Positions 20,994 through 31,716 of a stretch of DNA of 64,000 nucleotides are shown here, piece by piece. The notes beneath the pieces were generated by a model. It had not been told where the DNA came from. It saw nothing but the letters and a program-made list of their open reading frames with translations, and made no database searches. Made by a program: the position numbers and the translations under genes. Position 1 is the first letter of the stretch. The number at the start of each line of letters is the position of its first letter. Source of the DNA: an uncultured delta proteobacterium (GTDB lineage Bacteria > Desulfobacterota > Binatia > UBA9968); contig CAWJZV010000008.1 of the NCBI GenBank assembly GCA_963847445.1, positions 1-64,000 on the forward strand, written 5' to 3'.

Positions 20994-21995
20994 TCACACC
21001 GGGATTGTATCCTCGTGGGTGCGCAGGAAATTCTCCCAAGCCGACCGCGACGGCGCGACTTTTTCTTGCAACTTCTGCTTGCCGCTTTCGCCCATCGGCG
21101 TGAAATTCATCGCGGCCTGGATGTTTTGTTCAAGCGGCGCCAGTTGTTCGCAGCCGATGATGACGCTGGCGACGGGTTGGCTTAAGTTGAACTGCAAAAG
21201 CTCGGCCGGGGAGGCGCGGCCGGCGCCGCTGCCGACGAGCATGCCTTGGCCCATCACTTTCATCGACAGGATGCCGATGTTTTTCTGCAACGCCACCGGC
21301 AACGCGGCGCTCTCGAAGGCGGGGATCGGTGCCATCTTGCGCTGGGCGACCGGATTGGCCGATTGGGCGGCGTTGAGCGCCATCAAGACCGTGTCGAAGT
21401 CGTAGCGCCGCAACGCTTCTGCCATGGCGGCGCCGTCGTTATGGCCGGTGATGCCGATGAAGCGGGCAACTTTCTGTTCTTTCAATTCCCGGATGGCGGC
21501 GAGCACGCCGCTGGCGCTGGCGATGCGCTCGAGATCGTCGAGATTGCTCAGACTGTGGATCTGAATCAGATCGACATAATCGGTCTGCAGGAACTTGAGG
21601 CTGGTCTCCACCGAGCGCAGCGCGCCGTCGCGGTCGCGCGGATCGATCTTGGTGGCGAGAAAGATTTCCTTGCGGCGCGGCTTGATGAACTCGCCGAGCC
21701 GCTTTTCGCTCAATCTTTCGATTGGACGGCGCGTGTACGAGCTCGCGGTATCGAAGTAGTTGATGCCGGAAGCGAAAGCCCGTTCGAGTAGGGCTTGCGC
21801 CGCGTCTTCGTTTTCGATGGAGCAGAAACGGGTGCCGGAGCCGAAACCGATGCAGGAGACCATTTCACCGGTTTTGCCGAGGCGGCGTTTCGGCAGCGAA
21901 CTTGCCGCGGCGGCCGTCGCCCTTTCCGCCGTGCCGAGCACGACGGCGGCGGCGGTGGTTTTGAGAAATTGACGACGGGACCATTGTGATTCCAT
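20994..21995 (-). CDS. Aldo/keto reductase with twin-arginine signal peptide
   Basis: AGGAGG RBS; SRRQFLK; RRLGKTG, GINYFDTA..Y, LATK, DLIQIH. Confidence 0.88.
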   Translation of the reverse strand: MESQWSRRQFLKTTAAAVVLGTAERATAAAASSLPKRRLGKTGEMVSCIGFGSGTRFCSIENEDAAQALLERAFASGINYFDTASSYTRRPIERLSEKRLGEFIKPRRKEIFLATKIDPRDRDGALRSVETSLKFLQTDYVDLIQIHSLSNLDDLERIASASGVLAAIRELKEQKVARFIGITGHNDGAAMAEALRRYDFDTVLMALNAAQSANPVAQRKMAPIPAFESAALPVALQKNIGILSMKVMGQGMLVGSGAGRASPAELLQFNLSQPVASVIIGCEQLAPLEQNIQAAMNFTPMGESGKQKLQEKVAPSRSAWENFLRTHEDTIPV

Positions 21996-22200
21996 AGATC
22001 CTCCTATCGATGCCAACCGAAGAACTATATCGCCGCCATCATACTCCAACTCCTGGTGGTGTCGTCAAATGGTTTTATTCGCAACGCGCCAGCCAATCTT
22101 TCTTCCCTTGCAAACGGCGTTAGCGCGGGAGTACAAAATGGCTACGTTTGAACGAGGGTACGAAAACCCCAGCTATGTTTCAGCTAACTGAGGCGCCGCA

Positions 22201-25200
22201 ATGACCTGTCCGCGCTGCCAGCATGACAATCCCGCCGGTGTGAAGTTCTGCGGCGAGTGCGGCGCGCGGCTGGCGTCGGTGTGCGCTTCTTGCTCAGCTG
22301 CGAATCCTCCAGGAAATAAATTCTGCGGCGAGTGTGGAGCCTCGCTAGTCCAAGCACCAGCTGCCACGAAGTTTTCGTCTCCCGAAACTACACGCCCAAG
22401 CACCTCGCCGAAAAGATTCTCACCTCCAAGAGCGCCCTCGAAGGCGAGCGCAAGCAGGTCACGGTGCTGTTCGCCGACATGAAGGGCTCGATGGAGTTGC
22501 TCGCCGACCGCGATCCCGAGGAGGCGCGCAAACTGCTTGATCCTGTGATCGAGCACATGATGGAAGCGGTGCACCGCTACGAGGGCACAGTCAGCAATTT
22601 AATGGGCGACGGCATCATGGCGCTGTTCGGCGCGCCGCTCGCGCACGAAGACCATGCGGTGCGCGCGTGCTACGCGGCGCTGAGGATGCAGGAGTCGGTG
22701 AATCGGTATGCCGAAGGAGTGCGGCGGACGGAGGGCGTGCCGATTCAAATCCGAGTGGGTTTGAATTCCGGCGAAGTGGTGGTCGGTGCCATCGGCAACG
22801 ACTTGAAGATGGACTACACGGCGGTCGGCCAGACGGTGCATCTGGCGGCGCGCATGGAGCAGATGGCGATGCCGGGATCGGTTTTGCTGACGCCGGACGC
22901 TCTGCGCTTGGCGGAAGGTTATGTGCAGGTGAAGCCGCTCGGTCCGGTCAGCGTCAAGGGATTAGCGAGCCGGTGGAAGTTTATGAAGTTACCGGCGCTG
23001 GCGTCGCGCGCACTCGACTGCAAGCCGCTGCCGCGCGCGGCCTCACTCGCTTTGTCGGACGCGACGCTGAGACGGAGCAGCTTCGCAAAGCACTTGAACA
23101 AGCACGAGCCGGGCCATGGTCAGGTGGTGCCGTTGTCGGCGAACCGGGCGTTGGCAAGTCGCGTCTGTTCTACGAGTTCACCCACTCGCATCGTACCGAA
23201 GGATGCTTGATCGTCGAATGCGGCTCGGTGTCTTACGGCAAAGCTACTCCTTATCTACCCGTGATCGACCTCCTCAAAGCGTATTTCAAAATTCAGGACC
23301 GCGACACTCAGCGCGAGATGCGCGAGAAGGTCACCGGCAAGCTGCTGACATTGGATAAGGCTCTGGAGCCGACGCTGCCGGCGTTTCTGTCGCTCTTGGA
23401 TGTCGCGGCGGAAGATCAGCAATGGCAGAACTTGGATCCGCCCCAGCGCCGCCAGCGCACTCTTGGAAGCGATCAAGCGTTTGCTGCTGCGCGAGAGCCA
23501 GGTCCAACCGCTGCTCTTGGTATTCGAGGATCTGCACTGGATCGATTCGGAGACCCAGTCGTTCCTGGACAGCTTGATCGATAGCCTGCCCACTGCGCCG
23601 CTTCTTCTGCTCGTCAATTACCGGCCGGAATACCAGCATGGTTGGGGCAGCAAGACGTACTACAGCCAGCTGCGGATCGATCCGCTGCCGCCCGAGAGCG
23701 CCGGAGAATTGCTCCAAGCGCTGCTGGGAGACGACGCGAGCTTGCAGCCGCTGAAGCAGCTTTTGATCGAGCGTACCGAAGGCAATCCGTTTTTCCTGGA
23801 GGAAAGCGTCCGTACACTGGTCGAAACAAAAGTTCTTGCTCGGCGAGCGAGGCAAGTATCGTCTTGCCGAGCTCGATTCGAGATCACCCAGGTGCCGGCC
23901 ACGGTCCACGCGGTGTTGGCCGCGCGCATCGACCGGCTGTCGCCCGACGAGAAACGTCTGCTTCAGTCGGCGGCAGTCATCGGCAAGGATGTGCCGTTTG
24001 TCCTGCTCCAGGCCATCGCCGAATTATCGGAAGAAGAACTCCGGCGCGAACTCGGGCATCTTCAAGCAGCTGAGTTTGTTTACGAGACGCGCTTGTTTCC
24101 CGATCTCGAATACACGTTCAAGCATGCGCTGACCCACGAAGTTGCTTACGGCAGCGTCTTACAAGAACGCCGGCGCACGCTGCACGCGCAGAATCGTCGA
24201 AGCTATCGAACGACTCTATCCCGATCGTTTAGTCGAGCAGGTTGAGCTGCTCGCGCATCATGCTTTCCACGGTGAGCTGTGGGAGAAGGCGGTGACATAT
24301 TTACGGCAAGCTGGCGCCAAGGCGGCGGATCGCTCAGCGCATCGTGAAGCGGTGAGTTACTTCGAGCGAGCACTCGAAGCGCTCAAGCATCTGCCCGAAA
24401 GCCGTCAAATGATGGAGCAAGGCATGGATATTCGTATCGACATGCGTAGCTCGCTCCAGCCGCTTGGGGAACAAGCGAAAGTGCTCGAGAGAATGCGCGA
24501 GGCGGAAGTGCTCGCTGCGTCAATCGATGACCAACGGCGCCTCGGGCAAATCTCTGCGTATCTCAGCGGTTATTTTGTGCAGGCGGGAGAGGATCCCACT
24601 CAGGCTATTGAGAAGGCAGAGCTGGCTTTCACGATCGCCTCATCAATTGGCGATTTTAACCTCCAGGTTCAGGCGAACCACTTCCTTGGCACGTCCCATC
24701 GCATGATTGGTGATTATGACCGGGCCATTTACCATTTCAAGAAAAATGTCGATTCGCTAGTAGGCGATCAGATCTACGATCGCTTCGGCTTGGCTTTCCT
24801 TGCTTCTGTAGGGTCGCACTCTCAATTAGTAGAGATCCTGTCGGACCGTGGCGAGTTTAACGAAGCGGCCATTCACGGAGACGAAGCGGTTCGTATTGCC
24901 GAGCTGGCCAATCACCCCTTTAGTCTAAACACTGCGTACCTGGCTGTCGGATACCTGCATTTTAGAAAGGGCGCCTTGGACAAGGCGATTGCGCTGCTAG
25001 AACGCAGCATGGAAATTTGTCGCATATGGGACCTCCGTCAGAATCTTCCCCGAGTCGCGGTTGCTCTCGGTAATGCATTTGCTGCGACTGGGCGTGTCGG
25101 CGAGGCTATGCCACTTTTGGAATTGACCAACGAGCGAGTTAGAAATGCTTGGATGCGTGTACAGTTAGCGCAGGGCTATCTTTTGGTCGGAAAACTGCAA

Positions 25201-25548
25201 GAAGCCACGTCGCTTGCTAACCAGGTGCTTGAATCGTCCCAGACCCAAGGGTATCGCGGTCACACAGCGTTGTCACTTTACGTTCTCGGCGAGAGTATTT
25301 TGCACGCCGATACTCAGGATGCAGCGAAGGCTGAAGATCATTATGTTCACGCGATGGCATTAGCTAATGAACTTCGCATGCGCCCGCTTGTCGCGCACTG
25401 CCATGTCGGTCTTGGAAAACTATATCGGCGCACCGGTAATCTCGAAAAGGCGAAAGCGCATCTCACCAACGGCGTCGCAATGATGCGCGAGATGGAAATG
25501 GGATTGTGGTTGGAGAGGGCGGAGGCGGAGTTGAAGGAGTTGGCTTAA
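22201..25548 (+). CDS. Double zinc ribbon - class III nucleotide cyclase - STAND ATPase - TPR protein, several frameshifts
   Basis: Four CxxC pairs; VTVLFAD, GDGIMALFG, TVHLAARM; Walker A GEPGVGKS, Walker B VFEDLHW, GNPFF, YTFKH; helical repeats. Split across ORFs starting 22201, 22332, 22667, 23400, 24142. Confidence 0.88.
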
Positions 25549-25560
25549 AAAGGAGCAGCG

Positions 25561-26901
25561 ATGCGCATTCGATTCTGGGGGACGCGCGGCTCGCTGGCAA
25601 AGCCGGGGCCGAGCACGATTCGTTACGGCGGCAATACCTCCTGCGTCGAGGTGCGCGCGGATGACGGGACGCTGATTATCCTGGACTGCGGCACCGGTGC
25701 CCACGAGCTCGGCCAGAGCCTGGTAGCGTCGGGCGAACGCCCGATACGCGGTCATCTCCTGCTCACCCACACTCACTGGGATCACATCCAGGGTTTACCC
25801 TTTTTCGCGCCGCTCTTTGTCCCCGGCAATGAATGGGACATCTACGCGCCGCAGGGTCTGGGACAGCGTCTGGAGGATACCCTCGCCGGGCAGATGGAGT
25901 ACGCGTACTTCCCGGTGACACTCGGCCAGCTCGGCGCGACGATCCGCTACCACGAGCTTGGCGAGGGAAACTTTGACCTGGGCACGGTGCAGGTCACCGC
26001 CGGTTTCATGAACCACCCCGGGCTGGCTCTGGGCTATCGCTTGGAAACCGGCGGCGTCGTAATGGTTTACGCCACCGACCACGAGCCGCACTCGCGCCAC
26101 CAATCCGAGGGGGTTGACACGATTCAGGCCGGCCCGATCCACCGCGAGGACCAGCGCCATGTTGAATTCCTTGCCGGTGCTGACCTGGTGATCCACGACG
26201 CGCAGTACACGCTGGCGGAGTACCCGAACAAGCGGACGTGGGGCCACAGCCCGGCCGAGCTGGCCGTGGATTTTGCCCTCGCGGCGGGCGTGAAGCGGCT
26301 GGCGCTTTTTCACCACGACCCGCTGCGTGATGACGCGGCGCTGGATCAACTGGTACAGACTTGCCGCCAGCGCGCTGGCGCCGGCGCTCTCGACGTCTTC
26401 GCTGCCGCCGAGGGTCAGACCATCGAGCTGGCGGAGCGGCAGGCCGCCCCATTGCGCGCGGAGCGGCAACCGGAATCCGCCATTGCCAAAGTGGTTGGAG
26501 TTGCGTCAGCGACCATCTTGCTGGTCGACGACGACCCGGACATCGTGCGTCTTTTGACCATGACACTCCGGCCAGAGGGCTTCCGCCTGTTGTCGGCGAG
26601 CGACGGCAACGCGGCGCTGGAGATCGCCCGCGCCGAGCGCCCGGACCTTCTTCTGCTCGACTGGAACATGCCTGGGCGCAATGGGCTGGAGGTGTGCCGG
26701 GCCCTGCGCGCCGAGTCAGACCCGTATCTCCGCAACGTGCCCGTGGTGCTCCTGACCGCGCAGGCGGGGGCGGAGGATACTGCGGCGGGATTCGCTGCCG
26801 GGGTCACCGACTACGTAACCAAGCCGTTCGCGCCAGCGCATATCCGCGCGCGCGTGCACACTTGGCTGTTGCGAAAACGCGCGGGGGCAGAGGGCACGTG
26901 A
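25561..26901 (+). CDS. Metallo-beta-lactamase-fold hydrolase fused to a C-terminal receiver domain
   Basis: FWGTRGS, GGNTSC, THTHWDH, TDHE, WGH, FHHDP; REC motifs LVDDD, LLDWNMP, LLT, TKPF. Confidence 0.9.
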   Translation: MRIRFWGTRGSLAKPGPSTIRYGGNTSCVEVRADDGTLIILDCGTGAHELGQSLVASGERPIRGHLLLTHTHWDHIQGLPFFAPLFVPGNEWDIYAPQGLGQRLEDTLAGQMEYAYFPVTLGQLGATIRYHELGEGNFDLGTVQVTAGFMNHPGLALGYRLETGGVVMVYATDHEPHSRHQSEGVDTIQAGPIHREDQRHVEFLAGADLVIHDAQYTLAEYPNKRTWGHSPAELAVDFALAAGVKRLALFHHDPLRDDAALDQLVQTCRQRAGAGALDVFAAAEGQTIELAERQAAPLRAERQPESAIAKVVGVASATILLVDDDPDIVRLLTMTLRPEGFRLLSASDGNAALEIARAERPDLLLLDWNMPGRNGLEVCRALRAESDPYLRNVPVVLLTAQAGAEDTAAGFAAGVTDYVTKPFAPAHIRARVHTWLLRKRAGAEGT

Positions 26902-28754
26902 ACCAAAGCACGGCTTTTTTTTCTAGTCTGCAGGCCCGGCTGTTGCTGCTGGTCCTGCTCGCCGTTATCCCGGCGCTCGGGCTCACGCTCTACACCAACC
27001 TGGAAGAGCGCAAGCTCAGAAAGGCCCAAGTGCAGGAGCACGCGCTCAGGCTGGCGCGCATCGTATCCGCGGATCACGAGCAGCTGATCGAGGGCGCGCG
27101 CAAACTGCTGGCGAGCTTGGCGCGACTCTCCCCGGTGCGCGATCGCAACCGCGCCGCCGCCTGCAATGAGCTCTTCGCGGATCTGCTCACGCGCCATTCG
27201 TCGTATGCCAACCTGGGAGTCATTGGCGCTGACGGCAACGTCTTCTGCAGCGGCGTGCCGATGACCGGTCAGGTCTATGCTGGTGACCGCGCTTATTTTC
27301 GCCGCGCCCGGGAGACGCGCGACTTCGCCATCGGCGACTATCAGATCGGTCGCATCACCGGCAAGGCCACGCTCAACTTCGGCCATCCCGTGTTCGTTAA
27401 CGGCCATCTTCGGGTCGTACTGTTCGCCGCGCTTGATCTGACCTGGCTCAACGAGTTTGCCGGCCGAGTGGGGCTGCCGGCAGGGTCAATGCTTACCGTG
27501 ATCGACCGCCATGGCACGTCCTGGCGCGCTATCCGGATCACGCGAAATGGGTAGGCAAGTCCATGCCGGAGTCTCTCGTCTTGAAGGCAACTGCGGCTCA
27601 ACAAGGGAACGGCACGACCGAGGCTCGAAGTGAGGACGGCATCCCGCGCCTGTTTTCGTTTGCGCCGTTCGGCGGGACTGGGTCAAGCGCGAATGCTTAC
27701 GTTAGCATCGGCATCCCGACCACTGTCGCCTTTGCCGACGCTAACCGGATTCTCACCCGCAATCTGCTGGCGCTGGGGCTCGTCGCCGGCCTCGCGCTCG
27801 CCGCCGCCTGGGCCGGTGGAAAGCTGTTCATCGTCCGCCACATTCAGTCGCTCGTCGACGCGACCAAGCGTGTCGCCGCCGGCGAGCTGAACGTGCGCAC
27901 CGGACTTCCCCAGGGGCAAGGGGAGCTGAGCCAGCTCGCCAGCGCCTTCGACCAAATGGCCGAATCGCTGGAACGAGCACAGGAACGGCGGCTCCAGGAG
28001 GAGGAGCTGCGCCGGAAAAACTACCAGCTCGAGCAGCAGAACCTGGTCATTCAGGAGGCGAACCGGTTAAAGACCGAGTTCGTCTCGATGGTATCGCACG
28101 AGCTACGGACTCCGCTCACGTCGATTCGGGGGTACGCCGAGCTGCTGCTCGAGGACGAGCAGATCGCCGGCGAGGAACGCGAGAGCCTGACGATCGTCAA
28201 GAAGAATGCCGACCGGATGCTCGGGCTGATCAACGATCTGCTCGATCTCTCGTGCATGGAGGCGGGCAAGATCGAGCTCCAGCGCACGAACCTGGACCTC
28301 GCCCGTCGTGATCCCCGAAGTGGCCGGCGCGCTGCGCCCGCTGATCGAAGCCAAGCGGCAGCGGCTCAGGCTCGACCTTGATGACGCGCTGCCGGCTGTG
28401 TGGGCGGATGCCGATCGCGTGACGCAGATTCTCACGAATCTGGTTTCCAACGCTCACAAGTACACGCCGGTGGAGGGCAGCATCTCGGTGGCAGCCCGGC
28501 GCGACGATGGCTTCGTGCGCGTGGACGTCAGCGACACCGGCGTTGGCCTCTCGCCTGAGGCTCAGGCGCAACTCTTTACCAAATTCTTCAGAGTCCCCGA
28601 TCGCTCGCCCCAAGCCGCCACCGGCACCGGGCTGGGGCTCGCGATCACGCGATCGCTGGTTGAACTGCACGGCGGGCGGATCACGGTGTCGAGCGTTCCA
28701 GGCCAGGGCTCTACTTTCACCTTCTCTCTGCCCGTGCTGGAGGTCTCGACATGA
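26898..28754 (+). CDS. Membrane sensor histidine kinase (Cache-like, HAMP, HisKA, HATPase), frameshifted near 27520 and 28300
   Basis: GTGA overlap with the upstream gene; TM helix, DRAYF, second TM, HAMP, SHELRTPL, NLVSNAHKY, DTGVG, GLGL. Confidence 0.88.
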
Positions 28755-28879
28755 AGTGTCCTCAATGCGGGTTTGAGAATCGAATGCAGGCAAAGTTCTG
28801 CGCGGAGTGCGCGCATCCGAGCTGCTGGGCTGTAAGGCGGAAGAGACAAAAATTCAAAGCTCGAAATCCGAAATTCTAA
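28751..28879 (+). pseudogene. Truncated zinc-ribbon N-terminus, probably of a second cyclase gene
   Basis: ATGA overlap with the kinase stop; MKCPQCGFENRMQAKFCAECA parallels MTCPRCQHDNPAGVKFCGECG at 22201, then runs into AT-rich repeat DNA and stops at 42 aa. Confidence 0.75.
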
Positions 28880-28920
28880 ACAATATCAAATCGTCAAAAT
28901 TCAAAAAGCTCCAAATAACG
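28845..28920. repeat. AT-rich intergenic repeat, CGAAATCCGAAAT type
   Basis: aagctcgaaatccgaaattctaaac matches aaggcacgaaatccgaaatcccgaaac near 33770-33797. Confidence 0.55.
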
Positions 28921-29067
28921 GTTTGCGGTGAAGCGAGAACCGGACAACAGTCACCGCGGCGAATTTCGAATGTTTTTTGTTCGCTCCTTGGCGCGCCAAC
29001 TTTTGTTGAAATGGTTTTGTTGAACGTTTAAAACATAACCGTCTAAAACCATTCGGGAGGCACTCTC

Positions 29068-30426
29068 ATGACTACACTCGATCAAGCAAGTATCGCCGAG
29101 CTGTCTGCGCGCTTTTCGGGAGTGCTCCTAGGTCCCGATCAATTGGGCTACGATGATGCACGCCGGGTACACAACGGTATGATCGATCGCCACCCCGCGT
29201 TGATTGCCCGATGCCTGGGGACCGCTGACATCGCTGACGCGGTGAACTTCGCGCGCACGCGCGGCCTTGATTTGGCTGTGCGCGGCGGCGGTCATAACGT
29301 CGCCGGCAGGGCCGTCTGTGATGACGGGCTGTTGTTGGATCTGTCGCTCATGAAAGGCATTCACGTCGATCCAGCGCGCCGCGCGGCGCGCGCCCAGGGC
29401 GGTGTGACCTGGCGCGAATTCAACCGCGAGACCCAAGCCCATGGACTGGCGACGACCGGCGGCGTGGTCTCCACGACCGGCATCGCAGGTTTGACGCTCG
29501 GCGGCGGCCTCGGCTGGCTCATGGCCAAGCACGGCTTAGCGCTGGACAATCTGCTCTCGGCGGAGGTCGTGACCGCCTCGGGTGACATCCTGCGGGCGAG
29601 CAAGGATGAAAACGCCGATCTCTTCTGGGGTCTTCAAGGCGGCGGCGGCAACTTCGGCGCTGTCTCGTGGTTAGAGTATCGCTTGCATCCGGTTGGAACG
29701 GTCACGAGCGGTCTCATCGCCCATCCCTTCGACCGCGCCCGCGACGTGCTGAAATTTTGCCGGGATTTCACAGCGGGCCTGCCAGACGACCTGACGATCT
29801 TTGGCGCTCTGCTGCATGCGCCTGACGGCGCTAAGATTGCCGTTATCATTGTATGCCACTGCGGTGCGCTCGCCGCGGCCGAGGCTGCGCTGCAACCGAT
29901 TAAAAAGTTCGGCTCGCCGATCATGGACACCATCGGTCCGACGACCTACGAGGCAACGAATATGATGCTGGATGCCGGCTTCCCTCGCGGCGCGCTCAAT
30001 TACTGGAAATCCAACTTTATGATTGAACTGAGCGATCAGGCTATCGACACACTCATCGCGCAGTTCGCGGCGTGCCCATCGCCGATGAGCGGGCTAGTGT
30101 TGGAGCATATTCACGGCGCTGCGACGCGGGTCGGCATCGACGAGACGGCGTTCCCGCACCGGCGCGAAGGCTATAACTTTCTGGTCGTTTCCGAATGGCT
30201 CAACCCGGATGAAAACGGGCAGAATATTGCGTGGGCGCGGCAATCGTATGACTTAATGCGGCCATGCTTCGCGCCAGGGCGCTACGTAAACTATTTGGGT
30301 GATGATGATGGGGAAGATGCCGTCGCGGCAGCCTACGGACCGAACTATCCGCGCCTGCGAACGCTGAAAGCGAAGTATGACCCGACGAATCTGTTCCACC
30401 TGAATCAGAATATCCGACCGGCCTGA
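29068..30426 (+). CDS. FAD-linked oxidoreductase, VAO/BBE family
   Basis: VRGGGHN covalent-FAD His motif, GLTLGGG, GGGGNFG, YVNY, LKAKYDP.NLF. Confidence 0.9.
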   Translation: MTTLDQASIAELSARFSGVLLGPDQLGYDDARRVHNGMIDRHPALIARCLGTADIADAVNFARTRGLDLAVRGGGHNVAGRAVCDDGLLLDLSLMKGIHVDPARRAARAQGGVTWREFNRETQAHGLATTGGVVSTTGIAGLTLGGGLGWLMAKHGLALDNLLSAEVVTASGDILRASKDENADLFWGLQGGGGNFGAVSWLEYRLHPVGTVTSGLIAHPFDRARDVLKFCRDFTAGLPDDLTIFGALLHAPDGAKIAVIIVCHCGALAAAEAALQPIKKFGSPIMDTIGPTTYEATNMMLDAGFPRGALNYWKSNFMIELSDQAIDTLIAQFAACPSPMSGLVLEHIHGAATRVGIDETAFPHRREGYNFLVVSEWLNPDENGQNIAWARQSYDLMRPCFAPGRYVNYLGDDDGEDAVAAAYGPNYPRLRTLKAKYDPTNLFHLNQNIRPA

Positions 30427-30589
30427 GGGCGGCTAAGACGAAAGGATCGTGCTATGAGGTGTACAGGGCGCCAAAAGGAGAATCCGCCGCAGGCCCGCTT
30501 TCTTCCCCGAGTGGCCGCAGCCAGTTACATAGGTTATGACACTCTCGACCTGGAGCCTGGAAATTTCTGTAAAATGAAATGAGGTGAAT

Positions 30590-31591
30590 ATGAATGTTCG
30601 CTGGATCATAACTGCCGCACTCGTGGCTGTTCTCGCTCACGACACCATTGGTGGGAGAAAACTCTTCGCCGCCGCGGCGCCGCACAAAGCGATCTTCACT
30701 TACGGCGGCTTGAATGAACGCAGCGGTGTGCTGTTCGTCGCGCGCGATGCCGGGATCTTCCAGAAGCATGGTTTGGACGCGACCATCGTCAATGTGCGTA
30801 ATGCGCAGGTCGGCATGTCAGCGTTGGCCGGCGGTGAGACGCAGTTTCATGTCGGTTCCGCTACCGGCACCTCCATCGGCGCCATGGCGGGCGGGCTCGA
30901 TCTCGCCTTCATTGCCGGTTTAATCAACAAGCTCGACGGCGCGTTCGTAGTCAATCAGAGCATCCGTTCGCCGGCGGACCTCAAGGGCAAACGGATCGGT
31001 GTGCAGAGCATCGGCGGCGGCGTGTGGATGTTCACCATGCTCGCCTTCGAGCATTGGGGGCTCGATCCCGAGCGCGATAAGATTCAGTTTCGCATCCTCG
31101 GCGACCAGTCGGTGCAGGCACAGGCGATCGCGCAGAACGTTATCGACGGCGGCTACTTGAGCTACTCTTACGGCGCCCAACTGGAGCGCCAGGGATATCG
31201 AATCATGGCCGACCTGATAAAGATGGGCATTCCCTATCAGGGCCTGGGCGTCATGGCGAAGCGCAGCTTGATCGACAAAAATCCCGAACTACCGGAGCGG
31301 GCGCTGCGGGCGATGGTGGAGTCGATCGCCTTCGTCAACAATCCAGCCAATAAAAACTTCGTGGCGAAATCCCTGATGAAAGAGTTGCGGCTGGCAAAAG
31401 TTGAAGATGCCCAGGCCGGTTATGAAATGATGCGGGTGCTTTTTGAAAAGCGCATTTTTGCCAATGTCGACGGCCTGCGCAACGTCATTCGGCTGCTCGG
31501 ACGGACCAGCGAGCCGATCCGCAAGCTCAAGGTCGAAGACATCATCGACGACCGGGTGGTCAGAAAGCTGGAGAAAGAAGGGTTGTTTTAA
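30590..31591 (+). CDS. ABC substrate-binding protein, NMT1/SsuA-like
   Basis: Signal peptide; GIFQKHGLD, DLKGKRIGV. Confidence 0.85.
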   Translation: MNVRWIITAALVAVLAHDTIGGRKLFAAAAPHKAIFTYGGLNERSGVLFVARDAGIFQKHGLDATIVNVRNAQVGMSALAGGETQFHVGSATGTSIGAMAGGLDLAFIAGLINKLDGAFVVNQSIRSPADLKGKRIGVQSIGGGVWMFTMLAFEHWGLDPERDKIQFRILGDQSVQAQAIAQNVIDGGYLSYSYGAQLERQGYRIMADLIKMGIPYQGLGVMAKRSLIDKNPELPERALRAMVESIAFVNNPANKNFVAKSLMKELRLAKVEDAQAGYEMMRVLFEKRIFANVDGLRNVIRLLGRTSEPIRKLKVEDIIDDRVVRKLEKEGLF

Positions 31592-31716
31592 CGCGCGCGC
31601 TCACGGGTTTTTGATTGGCAATGGTTGACTAAATTTGATAGCTCATCGTATAGGCACTCCGGGCGGGAGAGGGTGAACAGAATCTATTAAATCGATTTAC
31701 CAAGGAGGAAAAGACC

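Noticed and set aside
22138-22191. 17-aa ORF MATFERGYENPSYVSAN just before the cyclase gene
   Set aside because: Too short to distinguish from chance; no attenuator features.
26361-26897. Long upstream extension of the kinase ORF in the ORF track
   Set aside because: Overlaps the MBL-REC gene in another frame; the GTG at 26898 fits better.
30427-30585. Possible riboswitch upstream of an SBP gene
   Set aside because: No TPP, cobalamin, SAM or c-di-GMP consensus visible.
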